From positions 68 through 64,067 of the forward strand of contig JAJYIE010000003.1 of NCBI GenBank assembly GCA_021790255.1: DNA of 64,000 nucleotides, read 5' to 3'. The notes beneath the pieces were generated by a model that saw only the letters and a program-made list of their open reading frames with translations, did not search any database and had not been told where the DNA came from. Source of the DNA: a bacterium. GTDB lineage: Bacteria; Patescibacteriota; Microgenomatia; Daviesbacterales; UBA10151. The position numbers were made by a program, and so were the translations under genes. Below are positions 30,391 to 39,585 of the stretch, in pieces; the stretch's first letter is position 1, and each line of letters begins with the position of its first letter.

Positions 30391-31824
30391 ATGCCAATCC
30401 AAGCTAGAACTGAATTTGCAGCTGCTTTAAACCAGTTAGCCTCTGAAAAAGGAGTTGATGTTAATATTGTTATTGAAGCGATCCAGCAGGCTGCCCTGGC
30501 AGCATACCGCAAAGACTTATCCCTACGTGGTGAAGAAATTCCAGAAGATTTTGACTCGCTGACCGCGGAGATCGATCCGGTAACGGGTGAAATTTCTATA
30601 TTGCGCGGCAAGGATAATATCACTCCTCCGGGGTTTGCCCGCATTGCCGCCCAAACCGCCAAACAGGTAATCATGCAGCGGCTGCATGAGGCGGAAAAAA
30701 GCGCTGTTATAGAAGAATACGAGCAGAAAGTGGGCACAATCATCTCCGGCACAGTGCAGCGGCAGGAAGGCAGTATGTACTTTGTTGATTTAGGTCGGGC
30801 CGAAGGAGTTTTCCCTGTTCCTGAACAAACCCGCGATGAGTACTATCATTCCGGTCAGCGCCTGAAGTTTTATATCAAGGAACTTCGGGAGGGGCGGCGA
30901 GGCTTGGAAGTAGTAGTTTCCCGTTCAGATGCAAACCTGGTCAAGGGTCTGTTTGCGCTGGAGGTACCGGAAATCCAGGCAGGAACAGTAGTTATTAAGG
31001 AAATTGCCCGTGAGGCTGGTAGTAGGACTAAAGTGGCAGCTATATCTACTCAGGAAGGTGTTGACCCTGTGGGCTCACTGGTAGGCCAGAAAGGTGTCCG
31101 TGTTCAGGCAGTGATGAATGAACTGGGGGAGGAGAGGATTGACATTATTGCTTACTCAGAGGATCCGGCTCGTTTTATTGCTGCATCGCTCTCTCCTGCC
31201 AAAGAGGTGCAGGTTACCTTAAGCAAAGATGGGGAAGAGAAGGTAGCTAAAGTAAAAGTGCCCACGTCCCAGCTCTCCCTGGCTATCGGCCGCGGAGGCC
31301 AGAATGTCCGCCTTGCGGCAAGACTTTCCGGCTGGAAGATTGACATTGAGGGCACCGGCGAAGCAAAGGAAGACACTACGGCAGCGCCAACCCCCGCTCC
31401 TGTCAGCGGTGAAGAAAAGGCCGGAGAGGCCCGAAAGGCGGTTGTGGAAAAAGTTGAGGAGGAGATTGATAAGGCAGCGGCTGAGGAGTCAGCAAACGGC
31501 GCTGCTCCCCAGGAGCCGGTGGAAGAGGAAGGTGAAGCGGTATCCAGGGCTGAAAATGATATGCTGGCTGAAGAAAAAAGTATTGAGGCTGAGGATAAAA
31601 AAGGCCCCGAAGGAGATTTGGTGGCAACGGAGGAACCAGATGAGGTAGAAGCTCCCACAGTGGCCAACACCGCCGATACTCCCGATGTCAGCGCCAAAGA
31701 AAAACCCTTTCCTGCGGGTGGACCGGATGAGCCTGATGAAAAAAGATTGACTGAGGATAGCGCTAAAGAACTGCCTCCGAGCGAAGGTGACACCGATCAG
31801 GCAAAGGCTAAAATGAAAAGCTAA
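30391..31824 (+). CDS. nusA: Transcription elongation factor NusA with acidic C-terminal tail
   Basis: RIAAQTAKQVI, EVPEI, REAGSRTK, SLAIGRGGQNVRLA. Confidence 0.96.
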   Translation: MPIQARTEFAAALNQLASEKGVDVNIVIEAIQQAALAAYRKDLSLRGEEIPEDFDSLTAEIDPVTGEISILRGKDNITPPGFARIAAQTAKQVIMQRLHEAEKSAVIEEYEQKVGTIISGTVQRQEGSMYFVDLGRAEGVFPVPEQTRDEYYHSGQRLKFYIKELREGRRGLEVVVSRSDANLVKGLFALEVPEIQAGTVVIKEIAREAGSRTKVAAISTQEGVDPVGSLVGQKGVRVQAVMNELGEERIDIIAYSEDPARFIAASLSPAKEVQVTLSKDGEEKVAKVKVPTSQLSLAIGRGGQNVRLAARLSGWKIDIEGTGEAKEDTTAAPTPAPVSGEEKAGEARKAVVEKVEEEIDKAAAEESANGAAPQEPVEEEGEAVSRAENDMLAEEKSIEAEDKKGPEGDLVATEEPDEVEAPTVANTADTPDVSAKEKPFPAGGPDEPDEKRLTEDSAKELPPSEGDTDQAKAKMKS

Positions 31825-31868
31825 AATGGACAAAGTTTAACTTTTCGCAGGTAACAACAGAAGGAGCC

Positions 31869-31902
31869 AGCCGCCTGATCTTATCGGAAAAGGCGGTTTT
31901 TT
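31869..31902 (+). terminator. Intrinsic terminator-like hairpin after nusA
   Basis: CCGCCT...AGGCGG-TTTTTT. Confidence 0.65.
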
Positions 31903-31911
31903 GACGGTTAA

Positions 31912-32259
31912 ATGGAAATAATCGAAAAAGAGTGGAATAAATTAGTCAGAGATAACGTCTGTGCGAGCTTAGAAGGTAATGGTGCTGTAGTGGAAATGAG
32001 AGTGGTAAGGGATAAAAAAGAGCTGGATTGTCTTTTAAGGGGGAAACTGGTTGAGGAATCAAGGGAAGTGGAGTCAGCGCAAAGCATTGATGAAGTGGTT
32101 GAAAAACTAGCAGATTTGGAAACTGTGAAGCAGGCCTTAATGAGGCTGCATGGTATAAGTCAGGGCAGGTTAACTCGGGCACGCATAAAGAAAGATAAGC
32201 TGAAAGGAACGTTTGGGAAAGGACATTTTCTGATCTCAACAAAAGAAAGAAATGGCTGA
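31912..32259 (+). CDS. MazG-like NTP pyrophosphohydrolase (NKLVRD family)
   Basis: NKLVRD, KLVEESRE, E.LADLE, KG.F.KG..L. Confidence 0.75.
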   Translation: MEIIEKEWNKLVRDNVCASLEGNGAVVEMRVVRDKKELDCLLRGKLVEESREVESAQSIDEVVEKLADLETVKQALMRLHGISQGRLTRARIKKDKLKGTFGKGHFLISTKERNG

Positions 32260-33709
32260 AACAGTAAGACCACCGGTAGTAACCATTTTAGGCCATGTTG
32301 ACCATGGGAAAACTACCCTGCTTGATTTTATCCGTAAAACTTCTGTTGCTGCCAAAGAACACGGCGGAATTACCCAGGCCATAGGTGCTTATCAGGTGGA
32401 AGTGGATGGTAAAAAAATAACTTTCATTGACACCCCCGGCCACGCTGCTTTTGAAAAGATGAGGTCCCGGGGAGCGGAAGTGGCGGACATTGCTGTTTTG
32501 GTAGTAGCAGCTGATGACGGGGTAATGCCACAAACCGTTGAGGCAATCAAACACATCCAGCGGGCACGAATTCCCATGATTATTGCAATAAATAAGATTG
32601 ATCTGCAGGGGATAAATGTCAAGGTGCAAATAGATAAGATTAAACGCCAGCTATCCGATCAAAAAGTTTTAGTGGAAGAATATGGCGGCGATGTGCCCAT
32701 TGTCTCGGTCAGCGCCAAGACCGGGGATGGGGTAAAAGACCTTTTGGAAACAATTGGCCTTGTGGCGGAGATAAATGAGTTGAAAGGCGACTTGGACAGA
32801 GCAGCCCAGGGGGTTATTATTGAATCAAATTTGGATAAATCACGGGGTCCGGTGGCGACAGTGTTAGTGCGGGATGGAACACTAAGAAAAGGTGACACTT
32901 TTACAGTAGCCGGGATTGCCTGTAAAGTGCGGGGGATGTTTGACTGGGCCGGCAAAAATGTAGATACAGCCGGACCCTCGGTGCCTGTGGAGGTCTTAGG
33001 TTTCCAAAGCGTGCCGCTTGTGGGTGCCAAACTAGGCGAGGAAAAAGCTGCCGCCGTAGCAAGCCCGGAAAAAGATCTGGGCGGTTTGATCGCCAAGCTA
33101 CGGGGAGAAGAAGGCCAGCTTTTAAATGTGATTATCCGGGCTGACAAACAGGGGTCGCTGGAAGCAATTGAAGAGGCAGTAGGTAAATTTAACGCCGAGG
33201 AGCAGCATATTAAAGTTATTCTGGCCGGAACGGGTGAGGTTATTGATTCGGATGTGGAGCTCGCCGCGGCTACCAGGGGAATTATTTTGGGCTTTAATGT
33301 GCCGGTGAAATCCTCTGCCCAAAGGATTGCCGACACTGAACATGTACTGATTCGGACTTATCGGATTATATATGAACTGACACAGGAGTTGGAGGATGTG
33401 GTGGAAGGGATGCTTAAACCCGGAGTGGTAGAGGAGGTTTTCGGGCGGGCACAAGTAGTGGCGGAGTTTCCTTTTGGTAAGAGCGAGCGGATTGCCGGCT
33501 GCAAGGTTTTGGATGGAACAATCTCCAAAGGCCCGAAAATCAGGCTGGTGCGGACGGATGAGGTAGTCGGAGAAACCAAAATCAAATCCCTGAAAAGATT
33601 AAAAGAAGAGGTGTCCAAGGTGGAAAAAGGCCAGGAATGCGGGATGATTTTTGATGACCAGTCAATCTTTCAAATCGGCGACACAGTGGAATCGTTCAGG
33701 ACGTACTAA
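32252..33709 (+). CDS. infB: Translation initiation factor IF-2 (short, no N-terminal domain)
   Basis: [27 protein letters not shown]. Confidence 0.97.
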   Translation: MAETVRPPVVTILGHVDHGKTTLLDFIRKTSVAAKEHGGITQAIGAYQVEVDGKKITFIDTPGHAAFEKMRSRGAEVADIAVLVVAADDGVMPQTVEAIKHIQRARIPMIIAINKIDLQGINVKVQIDKIKRQLSDQKVLVEEYGGDVPIVSVSAKTGDGVKDLLETIGLVAEINELKGDLDRAAQGVIIESNLDKSRGPVATVLVRDGTLRKGDTFTVAGIACKVRGMFDWAGKNVDTAGPSVPVEVLGFQSVPLVGAKLGEEKAAAVASPEKDLGGLIAKLRGEEGQLLNVIIRADKQGSLEAIEEAVGKFNAEEQHIKVILAGTGEVIDSDVELAAATRGIILGFNVPVKSSAQRIADTEHVLIRTYRIIYELTQELEDVVEGMLKPGVVEEVFGRAQVVAEFPFGKSERIAGCKVLDGTISKGPKIRLVRTDEVVGETKIKSLKRLKEEVSKVEKGQECGMIFDDQSIFQIGDTVESFRTY

Positions 33710-33810
33710 AAATAGTATCTTGACATTCAGTTTTTATTTGGGTAATTTATATTTAACCTCAAATCTTTTGGTAAGGACGGAGTAACTGGGAAGGGGGTGA
33801 GTTTTAAGGT

Positions 33811-34083
33811 ATGGAAATTAGTGATAAGAAGGCGTTGAAATCTGAAATCCTCAAATGCGGAAAAAGGACATTTTTCTTTGATCTGCATCTGGCTTCCAAC
33901 AATAAAAAGTACATCAAAATTACTGAGTCAACATTTGTCGCCGAAGGCCAGGACAGGAAAAGAAACACTTTTCTGCTTTTCCCTGAGGATCTGGAAGGTT
34001 TCCAGTCTAAACTGGCAACCATCAGCGGCAACATCAACTTACCAAAGATTTTTTCATCTTGCTTGTATTATGTTGTACCTTAA
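33811..34083 (+). CDS. PUR-alpha-like / DUF3276 nucleic-acid-binding protein
   Basis: S..L.CGKRTFFFDL....KYIKITES...R; GGGGTGA SD. Confidence 0.75.
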   Translation: MEISDKKALKSEILKCGKRTFFFDLHLASNNKKYIKITESTFVAEGQDRKRNTFLLFPEDLEGFQSKLATISGNINLPKIFSSCLYYVVP

Positions 34084-34320
34084 CTGGATTTTGAAATAAC
34101 TTTTAAGCCTCCTCAACAGCACTGGCTTGTCTGAATAGACGCGCCTACTTTGATAACACGCCCTCCGAAGCCCACTATGGTGCTGGTAGCCTGTGATATA
34201 TTTATGGGATTACGAGTGAATTGTTTTTAGGACTAAGTTTGGTCTATTTAAAGAGGAGAAAGGATAATCTTAATTTCCTAGGTTGATATTATAGGTTAAA
34301 AGTGTTAAAATCCCCGCGTA

Positions 34321-35406
34321 ATGGATTACGCGAGCCAACTTTCTGAAGCAAAAAAGGTTTTGCAAAGCGCGCAAAATATTTTAGTGGCTGTTCCTGCTGA
34401 GGCAGACTTGGATCAGCTAGCAGCCGGACTGGCCCTCTTTTTATCCCTGCAACAGGTCGACAAAAACGCTGATATGGTTAGCGCCGGAACAATCAAAGTC
34501 GGCCACACAATCCTCTTTGGAGTTGGGCAGATGCAAAATCAGCTTCCTCCTTCCAGCTCCGGCGACCTGATAATTACCTTGGCCGGCGTGGTAAGCGCTG
34601 ATGCGGAAGGAAAGCCTACGGTTCCTGCTTTGGAAAAGCTGGATTATTATCCGGAAGGCGCCGACTTAAACCTGGTTTTTAAGGTTTTACCCGGCCAAAA
34701 ATTTGAGCCGAGCGCAATTACACCTCATTATAAAAGTAGCGGTTATGACTTGATTTTCGTGGTGGGTGCGCCGGCTTTAACTGCCTTAGGCTCAATTTAT
34801 AACACCCGTACGGAAAGCTTTTCCGGAGCGCATATTGTAAATATTGATAACAAGCAAACAAACACCCAATTCGGCACCAGCAATGTGGTAGACCCCACCT
34901 CGACAACGGTTTCGGAAACGATGACAGCGGTGCTTCCGGCTCTGGATTTGCCGCTGGAGGGTGACATTGCCACTAATATCCTAACCGGGATCTTTGCCGC
35001 CACCAATAACTTAAGTGGCAACAGCAGCGCCAATACCTTCGAAGCAGTGGCCAGGGCCTTACGGGCCGGCGGCCAGAAGCCGGGAGTGTCGACTGCTTCT
35101 GCCGGTGGAACTGTGGCAAGCACACCATTTCAACCGTCTGTACCCGCACCAGCGCCTGTGGCAGAAGAACCCGAAGAAGAATTCGAAGAGCCTGAGCTGG
35201 CCCCGACTCTGGGCACGAACAGGGATAATTTTACTGTCCCTCCGGTAGTGCCAGAAGAACAAAACCAGCCTGTATTAGCTGTCCGGCAGGAGCATGTTGA
35301 AGAGGCGCCTTCTCCTGAGGAAGTTCCGGCCGGTGAGGAAGCAATTACCCCGGAGCTGGACTGGCTGATACCCAAAATTTATAAGGGTGGGTCATCCAAG
35401 GGCTGA
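34321..35406 (+). CDS. Degenerate DHH-fold protein with acidic/Pro-rich tail
   Basis: DLDQLAAGLAL, VNIDN (HH missing), IATNILTGI..ATNN; TTGATA-N17-TAAAAT promoter. Confidence 0.65.
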   Translation: MDYASQLSEAKKVLQSAQNILVAVPAEADLDQLAAGLALFLSLQQVDKNADMVSAGTIKVGHTILFGVGQMQNQLPPSSSGDLIITLAGVVSADAEGKPTVPALEKLDYYPEGADLNLVFKVLPGQKFEPSAITPHYKSSGYDLIFVVGAPALTALGSIYNTRTESFSGAHIVNIDNKQTNTQFGTSNVVDPTSTTVSETMTAVLPALDLPLEGDIATNILTGIFAATNNLSGNSSANTFEAVARALRAGGQKPGVSTASAGGTVASTPFQPSVPAPAPVAEEPEEEFEEPELAPTLGTNRDNFTVPPVVPEEQNQPVLAVRQEHVEEAPSPEEVPAGEEAITPELDWLIPKIYKGGSSKG

Positions 35407-35563
35407 CCTCCCTTGCGGTAGTTGCGCTACTATAATGATCGTTGTCTTGTAGCGCCCCATTCTCTAAAAGGTGGGTCATTAAAAGGTTGAGTTTCACTAG
35501 AAGTTTAAAAGGCGGCTCATCCTTAAGACCTGCTTCCTAAACGTATGACCCGCTTCTTATTAG

Positions 35564-35655
35564 TTGCGTATTGAACAATTTTCTGCTACAATTCGCCTAG
35601 CAAGTCAGGACTCACTTCTTGGCACCGAGAGGTTTGTCCGGAAAGGATTTTGGAG
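35564..35655 (+). promoter_or_regulatory. rpsO promoter and structured leader (candidate S15 leader)
   Basis: TTGCGT-N17-TACAAT; GGAC..ACTTCTTG/CGAGAGGT..GTCC hairpin next to the SD. Confidence 0.55.
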
Positions 35656-35925
35656 ATGCCACTTGATGTAAAAAGCAAAAAAGAGGTTATTGAGGAATTT
35701 GCCACACATAAAGGTGATACCGGTTCTCCGGAAGTGCAAGCCGCTCTTCTCACCGAGCAGATTAAAAACCTTACCAACCATTTGAAAGAACACCCGCATG
35801 ATGTCCACTCGCGCAGGGGGCTTTTGTCAATGGTCAACCGCCGCCGCAGACTTCTGCAGTACCTTTTGAAAAAAGATAATGAGCGTTATGTTGGCTTGAT
35901 TGGCAAGCTGGGGCTGAATAAGTAA
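35656..35925 (+). CDS. rpsO: 30S ribosomal protein S15
   Basis: [21 protein letters not shown]. Confidence 0.96.
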   Translation: MPLDVKSKKEVIEEFATHKGDTGSPEVQAALLTEQIKNLTNHLKEHPHDVHSRRGLLSMVNRRRRLLQYLLKKDNERYVGLIGKLGLNK

Positions 35926-35976
35926 TTTACTGGGAAAAATTTGGTAAAAAGGGAAAAGAGTAGTATAATAGGTGTG

Positions 35977-36061
35977 GTTTAGAGGTGAGGTTGGAGATTG
36001 ACAAGAGATAGTTATCCTAAAGGATAGTTACCTCTTCTGCAGTTTCCAAGCCCCTCGAAAC
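35977..36061 (+). promoter_or_regulatory. Long imperfect hairpin in the pnp 5' leader
   Basis: TTGGAGATTG/CAGTTTCCAA, AAGAG/CTCTT, TATCC-TAAA-GGATA; TATAAT at 35964. Confidence 0.65.
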
Positions 36062-36071
36062 TCACTAGCAT

Positions 36072-36159
36072 TGTTATTGTGGACGCAGTGAAGCATCTAC
36101 CGCAAATGCGGGGGACTTAAATAAATTGAGAGATTCTTCGGCTGCGCCTCGAAATGGCA
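36072..36159. repeat. Degenerate inverted pair of REP-like elements
   Basis: tgttattgtggacgcagtgaagcatct ... agattcttcggctgcgcctcgaaatggca. Confidence 0.6.
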
Positions 36160-36172
36160 AGATAAATTCTAA

Positions 36173-38449
36173 ATGAATAAAGTTATTACTAAAGAAATTG
36201 ATCTGGACGGTCGAAAGCTGAAGCTGGAAACCGGATTTTTAGCCCAACAAGCTGACGCCGCCGTGCTGGCGTCCTGGGGGGAAACTGTCGTGCTTTGTAC
36301 AGTGGCAACTAAGAAACTTCTTGAACCGATGGGCTATTTCCCGCTGTCGGTGGAGTATGTAGAAAAATACTACGCCGGCGGTCGGATTACCGCCCAAAAG
36401 TTTATCAAGCGGGAGACCAAGCCTGCAGACGTGGCTATTTTAGCCGGCCGGGCTATTGACCGCTCCATCCGTCCTTTGTTTCCCAAAGATTTCCATAACG
36501 AAGTGCAGGTAATTATTACTGTGCTTTCATTTGACGGCATCAACGATCCCGCCATGCTCAGTATGATCGCCACTTCCGCGGCTTTATCCATCTCTTCTGT
36601 ACCCTGGGCAGGACCGCTGGCAGCTACCCGGATCGGTGCCATTGACGGCAAAACCATTACCAATCCGGAGTTATCCCAATTCGACCACCTGAACTTAGAT
36701 TTGCTGGTGGCTTCGTCGAAAGATAAAATTGTCATGATTGAAACCGAGGCGGATGAGGCTGCCGACGAGCAGGTTTTTGCCGGCATTAAGCAGGCCCATG
36801 AACATTCCCAGTTGGCGATCGCTTTAATTGAAGAATTTACCAAAGAATCCGGCAAGGAAAAACAAACCTATTCACCTTTGGCGGAAGAGATTGAAGAGGC
36901 GGTTTTAAAAGATGTCAAAGCCGACGCCAAGGCGATGATCGAAAAAGTCCTTTTTGATCCGGAACACCCTTGGCACGAAGCCACCGGTGATATGATTAAA
37001 TCTGAACTGGCCACCAAGTATGCCGAGGTTTTGACGCCTCTGACTGCAGAGGGTGTGTTTGACAAAGTCGCCAAGGAGATAATGAACGATACCGTCTTAA
37101 ATAAAGGCAAACGTGTGGACGGCCGGCAGATGGGCGAAGTGCGGCCGATTGTCATCAAAACTGATATCCTGCCACGGACGCATGGTTCAGCCGTTTTCCA
37201 GCGGGGCAGTACACAAGTGTTAGCCATTGCCACTCTGGGACCTTTATCCGCTGCCCAGACTCTGGAGGGTATGACCGGAGAAGGCACCAAACGTTATATG
37301 CATCACTACAATATGGGCATTAACCCCTTTGCTACCAGCGAGGTTAAACGAATCGGCTCGCCGTCCCGCCGTGATATCGGCCATGGAGCCTTGTCGGAAA
37401 AGGCCCTGGAGCGGGTGTTGCCGGATGAGGAAGATTTCCCATACGCCGTCCGAGTAGTTTCGGAGGTACTGGCGGCCAACGCTTCAACTTCCATGGCTTC
37501 AGTTTGTGCTTCGACCCTGGCACTGCTTGATGCCGGCGTGCCTTTAAAAAATCCGGTCGCGGGAATTGCCATGGGGTTGTTGTCCAGTGAGAAGATATTT
37601 CAGGTGATTACCGACATGCAGGCGGTGGAAGATTTTTACGGCGAAATGGACTTTAAAGTGGCTGGCACGGTGAAAGGTATTACGGCTATCCAAATGGATA
37701 CTAAATTAACCGGCTTAACCTTTGAAATTGTTGAAGAAGCCCTGCGGCAAGGCAAAGCGGCCCGGGAGTTTATCTTAGGAAAGATTAACGAAGCCATGCC
37801 GGCGGTCGGGGAAATTTCCCAATATGCTCCGAAGATTGTTGTAACGCACATTAAGCCGGAGGATATCGGTGCCCTGATCGGCCCGGGCGGCAAGAATATT
37901 AACGGCATTATTGCCCGTACCGGTGCCCAAATTGATGTGAAGGATGACGGTACGGTGATGATTTCTTCTACTGATGAGAAAGCTTTAGAAAACGCCTTGG
38001 CATCAGTTGAAGGGATGTTTAAACAGGTGCAGGTTGGCGAAGTTTATAATGGCAAAGTAGTGAGGTTGGCAGCATTCGGAGCGTTTGTGGAAATTTTGCC
38101 CGGTCGGGACGGACTGGTTCATGTTTCCCAAATGGCGCCGAGTAGGGTAGAGAGTCCGGAAGATGTTGTGGAAATCGGGCAAAATGTCAAAGTTCGGGTA
38201 ACTGAAGTAAGTCCTGACGGCAAAATCGGCCTGTCGATGCTTTTCGGTGCTGACCAAAAACCGGAAACGGAAACCCGCCGTCCGCGAAGCGATAGGGGTG
38301 GGTTCAGGGACCGGGACAGAGGGGGGTTTAGAGACAGAGGTTTTTCAGACCGCGGCTTCCGTGACCGCGACGGACTCCACCAGCGAAGCAATGCTGGCCG
38401 CGGCGAGCGTGGTCGTTATGCCTTTGGTAACAGGCGCGACAGGCATTAA
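36173..38449 (+). CDS. pnp: Polyribonucleotide nucleotidyltransferase
   Basis: IDRSIRPLF, HGSAVFQRG, RRDIGHG, MDFKVAG, KH and S1 domains; RG/RD-rich tail. Confidence 0.97.
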   Translation: MNKVITKEIDLDGRKLKLETGFLAQQADAAVLASWGETVVLCTVATKKLLEPMGYFPLSVEYVEKYYAGGRITAQKFIKRETKPADVAILAGRAIDRSIRPLFPKDFHNEVQVIITVLSFDGINDPAMLSMIATSAALSISSVPWAGPLAATRIGAIDGKTITNPELSQFDHLNLDLLVASSKDKIVMIETEADEAADEQVFAGIKQAHEHSQLAIALIEEFTKESGKEKQTYSPLAEEIEEAVLKDVKADAKAMIEKVLFDPEHPWHEATGDMIKSELATKYAEVLTPLTAEGVFDKVAKEIMNDTVLNKGKRVDGRQMGEVRPIVIKTDILPRTHGSAVFQRGSTQVLAIATLGPLSAAQTLEGMTGEGTKRYMHHYNMGINPFATSEVKRIGSPSRRDIGHGALSEKALERVLPDEEDFPYAVRVVSEVLAANASTSMASVCASTLALLDAGVPLKNPVAGIAMGLLSSEKIFQVITDMQAVEDFYGEMDFKVAGTVKGITAIQMDTKLTGLTFEIVEEALRQGKAAREFILGKINEAMPAVGEISQYAPKIVVTHIKPEDIGALIGPGGKNINGIIARTGAQIDVKDDGTVMISSTDEKALENALASVEGMFKQVQVGEVYNGKVVRLAAFGAFVEILPGRDGLVHVSQMAPSRVESPEDVVEIGQNVKVRVTEVSPDGKIGLSMLFGADQKPETETRRPRSDRGGFRDRDRGGFRDRGFSDRGFRDRDGLHQRSNAGRGERGRYAFGNRRDRH

Positions 38450-38518
38450 AAGGTTTGTGATATTGTACCCGCTCTCTGGCAAATTCCAGTAAAATCAGAT
38501 AGAATTAATTAGGAAATT

Positions 38519-39583
38519 ATGGATTTTGCTGCCCCCCTTACAGACAAGCAAAATAAATCAGATACCATCACCAAAATCCGTACTCAGCTAACTCAGGCCA
38601 GCCTACCTGCTGATTTTAAAGAGCGGCTGGAAGAGCAAATGGGACGAGTTGAGACAATAATCGCCTCAACCGGATACAGGCCGGAGCTTGATAGGGATCT
38701 TGAATATATCCGTTTTGTTTCCGAGTTGCCCTTTGCCAGGTCCAGCCAGGATATACTGGATCTTCACCGGGCAGCAGAGATTTTAAACCGCAACCATTAC
38801 GGGTTGGTTACGGTCAAGGACAGGGTGTTGGAATATTTATCAATGCTGATTTTAAACACCCACCAAGGCACGCGGCTGAAAGCATCTGTTCTGGCCTTTG
38901 TTGGGTTGGCCGGGACAGGAAAAACTTCTCTGGCCTATTCTATTGCCGAAAGTTTGGGCAGGCAGCTGATCAGGTTACCTTTCGGAGGGTTGGGGTCAGT
39001 TAAGGAGTTACGGGGTGAATCAAGGATTAGGCTGGAGGCGGAGCCGGGCCGGCTGATAAAATCTATTCACGCAACCGGATACAATAATCCGGTAGTTTTA
39101 CTTGATGAAATTGATCGTATCTCGGAAGATGCACGGGCGGATGTGATGGGGGTTTTGGTTGAGCTTTTGGACCCCGAGCAAAATTTTGCCTTTATGGATT
39201 ACTATATTGACTACCCGTTTGATTTATCCAAAGTATTGTTTATTGCCACAGCCAACAACACCACCAATATCGCCACAGCTGTGTTGGACCGTCTGGAAGT
39301 TATTGAAATGCCCTCTTATACTGACGAGGAAAAGATTACCATCGGTCGGCAGTATATTTTGCCGAAGATTACTAAAGAAGCGGGAGTGCCGCAGCAGATG
39401 ATTGTTATTGACGATAATCTCTGGCCGGACATTGTTCGCCCTCTCGGGTTTGATTCCGGTATCCGTTCCTTGAAGCGGACTATTGAGGGGATCGTTCGTA
39501 AGGTAGCACGGGAGATGGTGGAGGGCAGACAGGGACCGTTTAGGATAACGGCTCAAAATATGGCCCAATATTTAGGGGCGTAA
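38519..39583 (+). CDS. Lon-type AAA+ ATPase module lacking N-domain and protease domain
   Basis: HYGL..VKDRVLEYL, GLAGTGKTS, LLDEID, LLDPEQN.F.D.Y....DLSKVLFIATAN; ends before the protease domain. Confidence 0.85.
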   Translation: MDFAAPLTDKQNKSDTITKIRTQLTQASLPADFKERLEEQMGRVETIIASTGYRPELDRDLEYIRFVSELPFARSSQDILDLHRAAEILNRNHYGLVTVKDRVLEYLSMLILNTHQGTRLKASVLAFVGLAGTGKTSLAYSIAESLGRQLIRLPFGGLGSVKELRGESRIRLEAEPGRLIKSIHATGYNNPVVLLDEIDRISEDARADVMGVLVELLDPEQNFAFMDYYIDYPFDLSKVLFIATANNTTNIATAVLDRLEVIEMPSYTDEEKITIGRQYILPKITKEAGVPQQMIVIDDNLWPDIVRPLGFDSGIRSLKRTIEGIVRKVAREMVEGRQGPFRITAQNMAQYLGA

Positions 39584-39585
39584 AT

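Noticed and set aside
38290-38380. Repeated GGFRDR units at the pnp end
   Set aside because: Protein-level low-complexity tail common in PNPase, not a DNA element.
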